This document shows, in pieces, positions 1 to 10,246 of a stretch of DNA of 64,000 nt (positions are counted from its first letter, which is position 1; the number at the start of each line of letters is the position of its first letter). Location of the stretch: NCBI GenBank assembly GCA_050011775.1, contig JBEKIL010000011.1:82044-146043 (forward strand). Direction: 5' to 3'. The position numbers and the translations under genes were made by a program. The notes beneath the pieces are model-generated. The model had not been told where the DNA came from. It did not search any database and was given only the letters and a program-made list of their open reading frames with translations. The stretch is from Bacteroidota bacterium (GTDB taxonomy: Bacteria; Bacteroidota; Ignavibacteria; UBA10030; CAVZMI01).

Positions 1-1
1 T

Positions 2-1894
2 GTCGTCGATAATGCATCGGACGATGGAAGTGTTGAGCTTATCAGGTCGAAGTTTCCAGGGGTGAAGCTCATTTTGAACGAGAATAATATCGGTTTTGCC
101 CGGGCGAATAATATTGCCCTTCAGCGGGCGGTAGGGAGATATCTATTACTGATCAATCCCGATACAATCGTTCAGGAAAATACATTCCAGGTAATGATCG
201 ATTTTTTTGAGAAGAATCCAGATGTCGGCATGGCCGGCTGCAAGATTCTGAATCCTAACGGAACACTCCAGATCGCATGCAGGAGGAGTTTCCCAACGCC
301 ATTAATTGCATTCACAAAAATAATCGGTCTGTCTTCGCTCTTTCCCAATTCCCGGTTGTTGGGACGATATAATCTCACCTATCTTAATCCTGAAGAAACA
401 TACGAGGTTGATGCGATCAGCGGCTCTTTTATGATGCTGCGGCGTCGGATCTTTGAAACAGTCGGCGGTCTCGATGAAGAATTCTTTATGTATGGAGAAG
501 ATCTGGATTGGTGCTATCGGATTCAAAAAGCGGGATGGAAAATATTTTATGTTCATTCGACGCAAATAGTACATTATAAAGGCGAGAGTACAAAACGGAG
601 CGACCTTGATGAAATCAGGATATTTTATCAGGCAATGCATTTATTTGTCAGGAAACATTTCAGCAATTCCTGGTTCAGCCTTTCCCTTCTCAGAAGTGGC
701 ATTGTGATTCGCACACTCTTTGCTTTTCTATGGAAAGCATTTCGCAACAGCATTATCCCCCTGTGTGACATCATCCTGATCGATATTTCACAAATAATCG
801 GGGAACTTATCTGGATGGGACGGCTATGGACATTTCCAAATTATGCCTATCCAATCATCTATATCGTCCCACCGATGATTCTTGTCCTGGCGATGTATTT
901 TCTTGGTGTATATACCGAACGGCGGCATGCCATTTCGCGGACATTGGGCGCTGTGGTGATCGGATTTACCATCATCTCGGCCTTGGTTTTTTTCTTCAAA
1001 GGTTTCGGATTCAGTAGAGCCGTGACAGGGATCTCATTTATTGAAAATCTTCTATTCTTGCCTGGATGGCGGTTGTTGCTCCGATTGCTCAGTCGAAGCG
1101 GTGAAAGATTGTTCTTTGGCCGGCGCACACTGATTGTGGGGACAAGCTCTTCGGCGCAGGAAGTACTTCGAAAAATCCGTCTTCATGCGGATGATGAATA
1201 CGATGTCGTCGGATTCATCGATATTAATCGTCAGAGGCTGGGTGAAAAGGTATCGGGTGTTGAGATCACCGGGAGTATCGACAATATAGGTAAAGTCATT
1301 CGTGAAGCGAAAGTGACCGATGTAATTTTCTCAACCGACGCACTTTCCTATGGCGACATCCTCTCGGTAATCGGACGTAGTCGAGAGCGCTCGGTGAATT
1401 TCCGGCTCGTACCAGATAACCTCGAGGTAATTATCGGCAAAACACATATCGACCAACTTGACGATATTCCGCTGGTAGAAATCGACTATAATATTGATAA
1501 ACCCGTTAACCGCATTACAAAAAGGACTTTCGACATTCTTTTCTCAATTATTCTTTTGATTTCGATTTACCCTTTTGTATATTTAAAGAAGTTGCTCGGA
1601 TCGAAAGATTCATCGGCCTTTACAACTGCAATCTGCAACGTACCTCTCGTCCTGCGTGGAACGTACAGTTTTGTCGGCCGTCCAATAACAATTGGAATCG
1701 AAAATTCACACACCGACAAAAAGGAACTTTATCTTGGAAAAGTCGGACTGACCGGAATGGTGCAGATCAATTCTCGCAGTATGACAACGCGTGAAGAAAT
1801 AGAACGGTACAATCTGTATTATGCAAAAAACCAGTCGTTGACGCTCGATATTGAAATTCTCGTAAAGTCGCTTTTACATCGGACGAAGGAGTAA
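2..1894 (+). CDS. GT2 glycosyltransferase fused to TM segment, CoA-binding-like Rossmann domain and degenerate bacterial sugar-transferase (PGT) domain; 5'-partial
   Basis: Frame open from window start ([10 protein letters not shown]...); GT2 motifs [26 protein letters not shown]; hydrophobic middle; LIVG..VVGFID Rossmann; C-terminal KRTFDI...SFVG.P...G.TG..Q WcaJ-like remnant. Confidence 0.85.
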   Translation, partial: VVDNASDDGSVELIRSKFPGVKLILNENNIGFARANNIALQRAVGRYLLLINPDTIVQENTFQVMIDFFEKNPDVGMAGCKILNPNGTLQIACRRSFPTPLIAFTKIIGLSSLFPNSRLLGRYNLTYLNPEETYEVDAISGSFMMLRRRIFETVGGLDEEFFMYGEDLDWCYRIQKAGWKIFYVHSTQIVHYKGESTKRSDLDEIRIFYQAMHLFVRKHFSNSWFSLSLLRSGIVIRTLFAFLWKAFRNSIIPLCDIILIDISQIIGELIWMGRLWTFPNYAYPIIYIVPPMILVLAMYFLGVYTERRHAISRTLGAVVIGFTIISALVFFFKGFGFSRAVTGISFIENLLFLPGWRLLLRLLSRSGERLFFGRRTLIVGTSSSAQEVLRKIRLHADDEYDVVGFIDINRQRLGEKVSGVEITGSIDNIGKVIREAKVTDVIFSTDALSYGDILSVIGRSRERSVNFRLVPDNLEVIIGKTHIDQLDDIPLVEIDYNIDKPVNRITKRTFDILFSIILLISIYPFVYLKKLLGSKDSSAFTTAICNVPLVLRGTYSFVGRPITIGIENSHTDKKELYLGKVGLTGMVQINSRSMTTREEIERYNLYYAKNQSLTLDIEILVKSLLHRTKE

Positions 1895-1898
1895 AAGG

Positions 1899-2849
1899 AT
1901 GGCAAAAGTGGTCCTCGAATTCGAAAAGCCGATTCTTGAGCTTGAGCAAAAAATCGATGAGATGAGGAAATATGCCGATAACCTCGATATTTCGGATGAA
2001 ATCAAAAAGCTGGAAGAGAAAGTCGATCAACTTCGCCAGAATGTGTTCACAGGATTGACCCGATGGCAAAAAGTACAGCTCGCCCGTCACCCGGAACGCC
2101 CCTATATGCTTGATTATGTAAGCTTCATGATGACCGATTTCATAGAGCTTCACGGCGATCGGTCCTACCGCGATGATCATGCTGTAGTGGGTGGTTTTGC
2201 ACGTCTGGGTACCGAGACCATTATGGCGATTGGCCATCAAAAAGGAAGAGATACCAAAACGAATCTATACAGGAATTTTGGTATGATGAATCCAGAAGGG
2301 TATCGAAAGGCTCTCCGGTTGATGAAACTTGCCGAGAAATTCTCAAAGCCGGTCATTACAATCCTCGATACTCCCGGTGCATATCCCGGTCTGGAAGCGG
2401 AAGAACGCGGTCAGGCCGAGGCAATTGCGCGTAATCTGCTCGAAATGTCACGGCTGCGAACACCCATTATCGTCGTCATTATCGGTGAAGGCGCATCGGG
2501 CGGAGCGTTGGGGATAGGAATCGGCGATAGAGTGTTGATGCTCGAAAATACATGGTATAATGTTATTGCCCCGGAATCATGCTCGAGCATTCTCTGGCGG
2601 AGCTGGGATTTTAAAGAACAGGCAGCCGAAGCGCTGAGACTGACAGCACCCGACCTGCTGGTGCAGGGCGTGATTGATCGAATTGTGCCTGAGCCACTCG
2701 GCGGAGCCCACCGTAACCCACAACTGGCTGCAATAATGTTAAAAGACGTGCTGCTTGAAGAATTGAAGCTGGTGAAAAAAATTAAAGTTGAAAAGCTTCT
2801 CGAACACCGTATCGAAAAATTCGGTGCAATGGGATCATACGACGAATAA
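1899..2849 (+). CDS. accA: acetyl-CoA carboxylase carboxyltransferase alpha subunit
   Basis: [43 protein letters not shown] motifs. Confidence 0.97.
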   Translation: MAKVVLEFEKPILELEQKIDEMRKYADNLDISDEIKKLEEKVDQLRQNVFTGLTRWQKVQLARHPERPYMLDYVSFMMTDFIELHGDRSYRDDHAVVGGFARLGTETIMAIGHQKGRDTKTNLYRNFGMMNPEGYRKALRLMKLAEKFSKPVITILDTPGAYPGLEAEERGQAEAIARNLLEMSRLRTPIIVVIIGEGASGGALGIGIGDRVLMLENTWYNVIAPESCSSILWRSWDFKEQAAEALRLTAPDLLVQGVIDRIVPEPLGGAHRNPQLAAIMLKDVLLEELKLVKKIKVEKLLEHRIEKFGAMGSYDE

Positions 2850-3268
2850 TGGCTCGGACTCTCTTTATGACATCGCAGATCCGTGTACGATATGCCGATA
2901 CGGATCAGATGAAATCAGTGTATTACGCAAAGTACTATGAGTATTTTGAGCAAGGGCGTTCCGACCTCCTGAGGGAAATCGGCATGCCGTATTCTGAAAT
3001 CGAAGCGCTCGGCTATTTTCTCCCCGTTGTGGAATCACACGCAAGATATATTTCTTCTGCCCGGTATGATAATTTGATAGAAGTGAAAACGATAGTACGC
3101 GAGATTCCAGCAGCACGAATCCGCATTGACTATGAAATCCGGCGCGCAGGCGAAACGGATCTTCTGGTTGAAGGATATACAGTCCACAGCTTTGTAAAAT
3201 CTGATACTGGCCGTCCGACGCGTGCACCGGCTTCGTTTATTAAACTCCTTCAATCAAAATTCGAATAG
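2849..3268 (+). CDS. acyl-CoA thioesterase (YbgC/4HBT hotdog family)
   Basis: RVRYADTDQM..VYY..Y..YFE.GR signature; start overlaps accA stop. Confidence 0.88.
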   Translation: MARTLFMTSQIRVRYADTDQMKSVYYAKYYEYFEQGRSDLLREIGMPYSEIEALGYFLPVVESHARYISSARYDNLIEVKTIVREIPAARIRIDYEIRRAGETDLLVEGYTVHSFVKSDTGRPTRAPASFIKLLQSKFE

Positions 3269-3279
3269 AGAGAGCTATC

Positions 3280-3438
3280 ATGTTAAGTCAGGAACTTCTC
3301 GACATTCTTTGTTGTCCAAAGTGCAAAGGAGATCTTCTCTATGATGCGGCAGGAAACTCCCTCACATGCAAGAAATGTGCAAAGGTGTATGCCGTGAAGG
3401 ATGATATTCCCATTCTCCTGGTGGACGATGAACAGTAA
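3280..3438 (+). CDS. Trm112/YcaR-like small zinc-binding protein (52 aa, not in ORF track)
   Basis: Manual translation MLSQELLDILCCPKCKGDLLYDAAGNSLTCKKCAKVYAVKDDIPILLVDDEQ*; LLDIL.CP.CK...C..C...Y...DDIP.LL is the Trm112p pattern; overlaps nadC start. Confidence 0.9.
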   Translation: MLSQELLDILCCPKCKGDLLYDAAGNSLTCKKCAKVYAVKDDIPILLVDDEQ

Positions 3439-4306
3439 CACTCTGCACGATAGCCGTGTCAGCCGTATCATTGAACAGGCGCTCTTCGAAGATATCGGCC
3501 TGGGCGATGTCACCAGCGATGCAGCCGTGCCCGAAGAAATGTTGGGAGAAGCGGTTCTTCTTGCAAAAGCAACTGGAATCGTCGCCGGTCTCGAGGTAAC
3601 GGCAATCGTGTTCCGGTACGTCGACGAAGGCCTCCGTATGTTATCGAGCGTTCACGATGGTGATCATGTTCGACCGGGGGATCTAATCGGAACTGTCAAC
3701 GGATCGGCGAAATCCATCCTTAAAGGAGAACGCGTCGCGCTGAATTTCCTTCAGCGAATGAGCGGCATCGCAACACTTACACGGCAATTTGTCGATGCCG
3801 TCAAGGGAACAGGTGTCAGGATCACCGATACACGAAAGACTGTTCCAGGACTTCGTGTGCTCGATAAACTTGCCGTGACGATCGGCGGCGGAGTGAATCA
3901 TCGTTTCGGGCTTGACGATATGATGATGGTCAAGGATAACCATATTGTTGCTGCAGGCGGGATCCAACCTGCAATCGAGCGCTGTTTTGCCTACCTGCAA
4001 AAAAAAGAACTTAATATTCCGATCGAAGTTGAAACGCGATCAATGGATGACGTTCGTAAAGCTATGGCCTGTTTTGAAGCGGGCAAGTTTTTCAACCGAA
4101 TCATGCTCGATAATTTTCAACCTGATGCAATGCGCGAAGCTGTCAAACTCATAGCAAAACGTGTGGAGGTGGAGGCATCGGGCGAAATGACGCTTCAGAA
4201 TGTCCATACCGTCGCTAAGACTGGCGTCGACTTGATTTCGGTCGGTGCCCTGACGCATTCGGTACAGGCACTCGATATTTCTCTGGAACTGACACTCCGT
4301 CGGTGA
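3428..4306 (+). CDS. nadC: nicotinate-nucleotide diphosphorylase (quinolinate phosphoribosyltransferase)
   Basis: EDIG.GDVT, ERVALNFLQRMSGIAT, DTRKT.PG, HRFGL.D..MVKDNH, IMLDN, EASG, SVGALTHS; start moved to ATG 3428. Confidence 0.96.
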   Translation: MNSNTLHDSRVSRIIEQALFEDIGLGDVTSDAAVPEEMLGEAVLLAKATGIVAGLEVTAIVFRYVDEGLRMLSSVHDGDHVRPGDLIGTVNGSAKSILKGERVALNFLQRMSGIATLTRQFVDAVKGTGVRITDTRKTVPGLRVLDKLAVTIGGGVNHRFGLDDMMMVKDNHIVAAGGIQPAIERCFAYLQKKELNIPIEVETRSMDDVRKAMACFEAGKFFNRIMLDNFQPDAMREAVKLIAKRVEVEASGEMTLQNVHTVAKTGVDLISVGALTHSVQALDISLELTLRR

Positions 4307-4307
4307 C

Positions 4308-5804
4308 ATGTTCGATAAAATCAAACGACTCGGCGCAGAAACAGCCATCTATGGTATCAGTACCATTCTCGGGCGATTTCTGAGTTTCCTTCTTCTTCCC
4401 CTTTATACGAATATCCTTCCGAAAAGTGATTACGGCGTTGTTGCAAATGTCTATTCCTATATAGCATTTCTCAATGTTGTCTACGGCCTCGGAATGGAGT
4501 CGGCTTTTTTTAAATATGCATCGACTCGAGAGCTTGGTGATGAAAAAGAAGTCTTCGGACTCTCGTGGCTGACCGTGACTATCGGATCTGTTCTTTTTTC
4601 TCTTCTGATTCTCTGGAATGCAACTCCGCTTTCATATCTGGTAGCACGTGGTGAACAGGAACGATATATCGTGATTTACGCCGTCGGGATTCTTTTCTTC
4701 GATGCAGTTTCATTAATACCGTTTGCAGCGTTGCGATTACAGAAAAGGCCGTGGCAGTTTGCGGGAATCCGGGTTGCGGGGATCATTCTAAATGTTGTAC
4801 TAAATGCCATTCTTCTTGCAAAATTCAGGATGGGTGTGGCGGGAATATTCGTCAGCGGGATCATTTCATCTCTTTTTACGGCACTCTGTCTTTTCCCAAC
4901 AATTGTCCGTCATATCGCATTGCCGAAAAATTCAAAGCTCTTTTCGGCATTATTGAAATTCGGTCTGCCATACGTCCCGGCAGGACTCGCCGGCATTGCG
5001 CTTCAGGTTATCGACAGGCCGATTCTACGGGCGCTCACCGATGATGCGTCGGTCGGCATCTATCAGGCAAATTACAGACTCGGAATTTTTATCATGCTGA
5101 TTGTGTCGATGTTCGATTATGCCTGGCGTCCTTTCTTCCTTTCGAATGCAAAAGAACCGGATGCGAAAAAAATGTTTGCGCGCATCGCTACGTACTTCTT
5201 CCTCCTTCTAATGTTTGGTTTTCTGGTGATCGCATTCTTTATCGGCGACCTTGTCGGTATTGAAATTTTGCACCACCGCTTAATTCATCCTGCATACTGG
5301 CCGGGACTCGGCATCGTTCCCATTGTGCTCCTCGCATATGTCTTTACAGGAGTATATGTCCTTCTAATCCCGGGTATTTATATAGAGAAAAAAACTCAAT
5401 TTCTTCCACTGACGTCAGGACTTGGCGCCGTAACGAATATCGGGATGAATCTGTTGCTGATTCCTCTGCTCGGATTTGTAGGCGCAGCCTGGTCAACTCT
5501 CGGCGGTTACCTTGTGATGGCGCTATCGCTCTATTTTATTGTTCAAAGATATTACCCGGTCAGATACGAATTCAGAAGAATGGGCGTAATTGCCGTATCG
5601 ACAGGAATAATCTTCTGTATCTTTGTCGTAGTCGGAGGTACTCTCCATGCTCATATGCTTGTCAAAATCGGACTTCTGATTGGATTCATCGGGCTTATGG
5701 CTCTCATGCGCTTCTTCGATCCTGCGGAGATTCATATACTAAAAGCTCTTTTTCAACGGAAGACACCGCCTTCAGATATACCGCCATCTATTATGTCTGA
5801 GTGA
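4308..5804 (+). CDS. polysaccharide biosynthesis protein / Wzx-like flippase (MOP superfamily)
   Basis: ~14 hydrophobic segments; IYG...IL.R..SFLLLPLYT, DR..L, VGIY..NY.L motifs. Confidence 0.85.
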   Translation: MFDKIKRLGAETAIYGISTILGRFLSFLLLPLYTNILPKSDYGVVANVYSYIAFLNVVYGLGMESAFFKYASTRELGDEKEVFGLSWLTVTIGSVLFSLLILWNATPLSYLVARGEQERYIVIYAVGILFFDAVSLIPFAALRLQKRPWQFAGIRVAGIILNVVLNAILLAKFRMGVAGIFVSGIISSLFTALCLFPTIVRHIALPKNSKLFSALLKFGLPYVPAGLAGIALQVIDRPILRALTDDASVGIYQANYRLGIFIMLIVSMFDYAWRPFFLSNAKEPDAKKMFARIATYFFLLLMFGFLVIAFFIGDLVGIEILHHRLIHPAYWPGLGIVPIVLLAYVFTGVYVLLIPGIYIEKKTQFLPLTSGLGAVTNIGMNLLLIPLLGFVGAAWSTLGGYLVMALSLYFIVQRYYPVRYEFRRMGVIAVSTGIIFCIFVVVGGTLHAHMLVKIGLLIGFIGLMALMRFFDPAEIHILKALFQRKTPPSDIPPSIMSE

Positions 5805-5871
5805 AATGCCGTCAGAATTCGGAGGGATAAAAACAGATTTTTAATTTTCGGGATGAGTATACTATGCTGGA

Positions 5872-6690
5872 TTATCCTCCCATAAACCATTTTTTTGTGT
5901 GATGCACTGCATCGCCATATTCCTGCATCAATTTCATTTCATCTTCGCTTAGAGGTCCATCTGAAAGAGATTTTATATTCTCTTCGAATTGTCCGATGTT
6001 TCTTGGAGCCGTCAGACAAAGATGCACGTTTGGATTTGAAAGAACAAATCGGTAGCATTGACCGGGCGTCGGTATCAGCCTGTCTGTCGGCCATTTTTTC
6101 GATCTTCGGATCAAATAGGTCCATCGTGTGGCCGTATAGCTCGTAATGCCGGGATTGTGATCTTTCACAAAAGGAAAAATATCCTGCTCTGCACCACGAT
6201 GTGCCGCATTATAGCGGATCATCAGCACGTCCATCGATCCCTCAGCAGCCAGCCCGCCGGCAAATTTGCGGTCGTGTGTCGATAAGCCGATTGCGCGGAC
6301 CTTCCCCTCCTTTTTGAATTGGGCGAGCTCTTCACGGGCCTCGACCGGAAAATCTTTTTCTTTTGTCACTCCAAGAAAAAGAAATACATCGATATAATCA
6401 GTCCCGAATTGACGGAGCCGTTTCTCAAGCGTTCGCCGAAGGTTTGGATATCCGATCAATAAATTATACGCTCCTGTTGCGATGACAATATCTTTTCTCT
6501 TCTGCCCAACTACGCTCCGTATCGCGCGTATTAATTGTCCATCGGTCCCGAACCCAAAAAAATAGTTCACCCCTTCATCAAGAGCTTTGTACACGGTTTT
6601 TTTGCCGGGCCAATATGTCGCCGAGAGTCCGAGCCGATGTACTGTGATACCTGTCCTACCTAATGTCGTATGGGTAAAATCTTCAGCCAT
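5872..6690 (-). CDS. aldo/keto reductase-fold protein, catalytic tetrad apparently absent
   Basis: LGRTGI.V..LGL, LE..L...GTDYID, GKVRAIG.S.H, .YN; GGAGG upstream of ATG 6690. Confidence 0.75.
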   Translation of the reverse strand: MAEDFTHTTLGRTGITVHRLGLSATYWPGKKTVYKALDEGVNYFFGFGTDGQLIRAIRSVVGQKRKDIVIATGAYNLLIGYPNLRRTLEKRLRQFGTDYIDVFLFLGVTKEKDFPVEAREELAQFKKEGKVRAIGLSTHDRKFAGGLAAEGSMDVLMIRYNAAHRGAEQDIFPFVKDHNPGITSYTATRWTYLIRRSKKWPTDRLIPTPGQCYRFVLSNPNVHLCLTAPRNIGQFEENIKSLSDGPLSEDEMKLMQEYGDAVHHTKKWFMGG

Positions 6691-7726
6691 GTTTTTCTCC
6701 TCCAATTTGCAGCACTTTTGAACCGCGGATTATCCCTTCCTTCAATTCAATAAGTGCTAAATTTGCCTTCACAAATGGGAATACCTCAACCACCGGAGTC
6801 AAAGGAATTTGAGCGGCAAGAGCAAGAAATTCCAATACGTCGCGGCGGGTGACATTAGCGATGCTTTTTATTTCCTTTTCCAACCAGAGATGATGTGTAT
6901 AATCCAGATTGAGTAAATATTCTTTGTCCAGATTTTCTTTTCGAATTGCGTTGATAACGAGACGCCCGCCGGGAACCAGGTTATTCATTGCTTCGACGAT
7001 AGGTTTCCATACCGGTGTTGTATCGATGATCGCATGGAGTTTCAAGGGTGATTTGTCGGTTACATCGCCTGTCCAGACCGCGCCGATTTCACGGGCAAAA
7101 GCCCGCTCGTTTTCACTCCGTGCGAAAACAAAGAATTTTGAATGAGGGAAAAGATGGCGCGCCATTTTCAGGACGAGATGTGCTGAAGCACCAAACCCTG
7201 TGAGTCCGAGATTCTGCCCGTCGTTCAAGCCAGTAAGTCGTAATGAGCGGTACCCGATGGCGCCTGCACAGAGGAGCGGAGCCGCCTGAGTGTCGGAAAA
7301 TCCCGCGGGGATATTAAAAGCAAAATCCTCAGGGACCGTCACGAGTTCTGCATATCCGCCATCCACGTCTCTTCCCGTTGCAACAAATTCGGGACAGAGG
7401 TTCTCGTCGCCCCGGCGACAGTACTCGCACTTTCCGCACGCTGAAAAAATCCATGCAATACCGACTCGATCGCCAATCGGAAAATTTTTTGCATTTTTTC
7501 CAAAGCTTTCAACCCGTCCGACAATTTGATGTCCGGGAATTACGGGGAAATGTGAAGGTGGAGTGCGGCCTTCAATTTCATCAAGCTCGGTATGGCATAT
7601 ACCGCATACTGAAATGCGTATGAGAATTTCATTCTCACGTGGCGACGGATCGGAAATATCGACCAGAGAAAGAGGATTTCTGTTTTTATTTAGGTCGCAG
7701 GTGCTATTGAGAACGAATGCTTTCAT
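6683..7726 (-). CDS. zinc-dependent alcohol dehydrogenase family protein
   Basis: CGICHT, PGHQIVG, structural Zn CGKCEYC...C, APLLCAG, GFGASA nucleotide-binding motif. Confidence 0.9.
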   Translation of the reverse strand: MKAFVLNSTCDLNKNRNPLSLVDISDPSPRENEILIRISVCGICHTELDEIEGRTPPSHFPVIPGHQIVGRVESFGKNAKNFPIGDRVGIAWIFSACGKCEYCRRGDENLCPEFVATGRDVDGGYAELVTVPEDFAFNIPAGFSDTQAAPLLCAGAIGYRSLRLTGLNDGQNLGLTGFGASAHLVLKMARHLFPHSKFFVFARSENERAFAREIGAVWTGDVTDKSPLKLHAIIDTTPVWKPIVEAMNNLVPGGRLVINAIRKENLDKEYLLNLDYTHHLWLEKEIKSIANVTRRDVLEFLALAAQIPLTPVVEVFPFVKANLALIELKEGIIRGSKVLQIGGEKHG

Positions 7727-7825
7727 ATGTAGTATTCTGTCTGCGTTTCGGCTTTCTTAAGTGTATGAAGAACTCGCAAAACATTCAATCTTTGTACGGT
7801 AGTTCCGGGAATATTGGTGAAGTTC

Positions 7826-7854
7826 TTGGAATTTTATTGTTTTTTCCGTATCTT
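7826..7854 (+). promoter_or_regulatory. sigma70-type promoter of typA (TTGGAA-17-TATCTT)
   Basis: Same spacing and pattern as other promoters in the window. Confidence 0.5.
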
Positions 7855-7941
7855 TTAAAATATGAATAGCATATTTGCCTCGAGCCCGCCAAAGGCATGC
7901 TTGGGGCATTTTTATTGTTTGTGTTGGGAGAGAACTTGTCC

Positions 7942-9798
7942 GTGCCGGATCTTCTAAGAGAAGACATAAGAAATATTGCAATTATTTCACACGTTGATCA
8001 TGGAAAGACGACGCTGGTGGACTATATGCTTCGCCAGACAGGCACGTTCCGCGAGAACCAGGTCGTTGAAAAACGTATCATGGATTCATACGACCTGGAA
8101 CGTGAAAAAGGAATTACAATCCTGGCAAAAAATACTGCCGTAAATTATATTCCGGCTGGAAAAAATACACCCATCAAAATAAATATTGTCGATACGCCGG
8201 GTCACGCGGACTTCGGCGGTGAAGTAGAACGGACATTAATGATGGTCAACGGCGTTCTTTTGCTGGTCGATGCCGCTGAAGGTCCGCTTCCGCAAACTAA
8301 ATTTGTTCTTAAAAAGTCACTCGAGCTGAACCTGAAGCCGATCGTCGTTATTAATAAAATTGATCGGAAAGACGCCAGGCCGCATGAAGTACTTGATGAG
8401 GTTTTCGATCTTTTTCTTTCACTCGGGGCAACGAACGAGCAGCTTGATTTTCCCGTGGTGTACTCGATCGCAAAGCAGGGAATTGCAAAAAAAGAACTGG
8501 AAGATCAGGGCAACAATCTTGTTCCTCTTTTCGAAGCCATCGTCAATCATGTTCCTCCTCCGCCGGGTGACACAGAATCGTCCTTTCAGATGCTGGTAAC
8601 GACGATCGATTACAATGACTATCTGGGGCGGCTCGGGATCGGACGGATATTTCGCGGAACAATCCGTGTCGGTGCTCCGATGAAAATCATCCATCGCGAC
8701 GGAATTGTTGAAGACGCTAAGATCACAAAGATTTACACGTTTCACGGCTTGAAACGCCTCGAGGTGAACGAAGCGAGTGCAGGCGAAATCATCGCTATTG
8801 CCGGGATGGAAGATGTCGATATCGGCGAAACCATTGCCGATCCTGCCGATGCTTTCCCGCTCCCGTTCGTATCGATTGAAGAGCCGACGATCTCGATGAA
8901 CTTCATAGTGAATAATTCGCCATTTGCCGGTCTTGACGGAAAATACGTTACAACGCGTCATCTCGGTGAACGACTGGCCAGAGAACTGCGGAGTAATGTC
9001 AGTCTGCGCGTTGAGCTTACCGATTCGCCCGATGTGTTCAAGGTTAGCGGGCGCGGTGAATTGCATCTGGCAATACTTATCGAGACTATACGGCGTGAAG
9101 GATATGAACTTCAAGTTTCGCGACCGGAGGTTATTTTCAAGCGCGTGCTCGATGTTCTCAGCGAGCCGATAGAGCACGTGATCATCGACGTTCCCGACGA
9201 ATTTGTGGGTGTAGTGATCGAGAACCTCGGTAAACGTAAAGGAGAATTACGGAACATGATCTCCAACAATGGGAATACACGACTCGAATTCGTCGTGCCT
9301 GCACGTGGTTTGATCGGATTCCGAAATGAGTTCATGACCGAGACGAAGGGAACCGGCTTATTACATCACAATTTCCAGGGCTATGAACCGTATAGGGGAG
9401 ATCTTCCGATCCGGAATAAAGGAGCGGTAATTTCATTGGAAGATGGCGAAGCGGTTTCATATGCAATGTGGAAACTTCAGGAAAGGATCACATTCTTTGT
9501 TGAACCGGGAATACGTGTCTATAAAGGCATGATTGTGGGGGAGAACGCGCGCGAAGGAGATATGGTCGTCAATGTTTGCAAGACGAAACAACTGACCAAT
9601 ATGCGTGCAAGTGGAGCCGATGAAGCGATCCGTCTCGAACCACCTCGCCTGCTCACACTCGAACAGGCAATCGAATGGATTGCCGACGATGAATACGTCG
9701 AAATTACACCGAAGAGTATTCGATTACGAAAACGATATCTGGATCATAACGAGCGGAATAGAATGAGCCGTAAGAAAGCAGAAGAAGTTGAATTGTAG
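7942..9798 (+). CDS. typA: translational GTPase TypA/BipA
   Basis: [58 protein letters not shown]; GTG 7942 behind GGGAG. Confidence 0.96.
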   Translation: MPDLLREDIRNIAIISHVDHGKTTLVDYMLRQTGTFRENQVVEKRIMDSYDLEREKGITILAKNTAVNYIPAGKNTPIKINIVDTPGHADFGGEVERTLMMVNGVLLLVDAAEGPLPQTKFVLKKSLELNLKPIVVINKIDRKDARPHEVLDEVFDLFLSLGATNEQLDFPVVYSIAKQGIAKKELEDQGNNLVPLFEAIVNHVPPPPGDTESSFQMLVTTIDYNDYLGRLGIGRIFRGTIRVGAPMKIIHRDGIVEDAKITKIYTFHGLKRLEVNEASAGEIIAIAGMEDVDIGETIADPADAFPLPFVSIEEPTISMNFIVNNSPFAGLDGKYVTTRHLGERLARELRSNVSLRVELTDSPDVFKVSGRGELHLAILIETIRREGYELQVSRPEVIFKRVLDVLSEPIEHVIIDVPDEFVGVVIENLGKRKGELRNMISNNGNTRLEFVVPARGLIGFRNEFMTETKGTGLLHHNFQGYEPYRGDLPIRNKGAVISLEDGEAVSYAMWKLQERITFFVEPGIRVYKGMIVGENAREGDMVVNVCKTKQLTNMRASGADEAIRLEPPRLLTLEQAIEWIADDEYVEITPKSIRLRKRYLDHNERNRMSRKKAEEVEL

Positions 9799-9809
9799 AA
9801 TATAAACTA

Positions 9810-9839
9810 CACCGGCGAAGCGTCATTGTTTCGCCGGTG
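9810..9839 (+). terminator. GC-rich hairpin after typA
   Basis: CACCGGCGAA...TTCGCCGGTG inverted repeat 11 nt after the stop; weak U tail. Confidence 0.5.
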
Positions 9840-10246
9840 CGCGTTTGTGAAGAAACCGACTTCTCCGTGCGGTTTCGACCATAACACAATAAGAACAGCA
9901 CGCCTGACTCCTCCCCTCATCCGATCTCCCCACCGTTAAGACAAGCGTGCTGTGTAAGATACTACCTTCCTACTTTTTACAACAAATTTTTTTATTGGAA
10001 GTTCCCTGGGCGGGTACAGATATAGCGTAAACCACCCCTCTTATTTCAAACAAAGCAGAAATTGCATATTTCGGGAAATCGCATGCATACCGGATCATAC
10101 CGGATTATGGCAGTTGATGAGTTTATTTTAATGCTTTCTGAGGGGAGGAATAATAAGGGTAATGAGAAGCCCTCTTTGACTAATATAAAAGAAATAAAAG
10201 AGTCACCTGATTTTTTTCGGGGAAGGATGAATAAACCGCTCTGTGT

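Noticed and set aside
8419-9177. Long antisense ORFs (also 12895-13548, 59108-59851, 31870-32433)
   Set aside because: Shadows of conserved genes typA, metK, sdhA and rnc; no motifs or RBS
9704-9901. 65-aa minus-strand ORF with GGAGG upstream of a GTG (possible type I toxin or leader peptide)
   Set aside because: Overlaps the typA 3' end antisense by ~95 nt and has no recognisable protein features; better explained as part of the hairpin region
10086-10105. CATACCGGAT tandem duplication and other short repeats as a CRISPR-like array
   Set aside because: Only two adjacent 10-bp copies with no spacers; no CRISPR array, cas, tRNA, rRNA or transposase seen in the window
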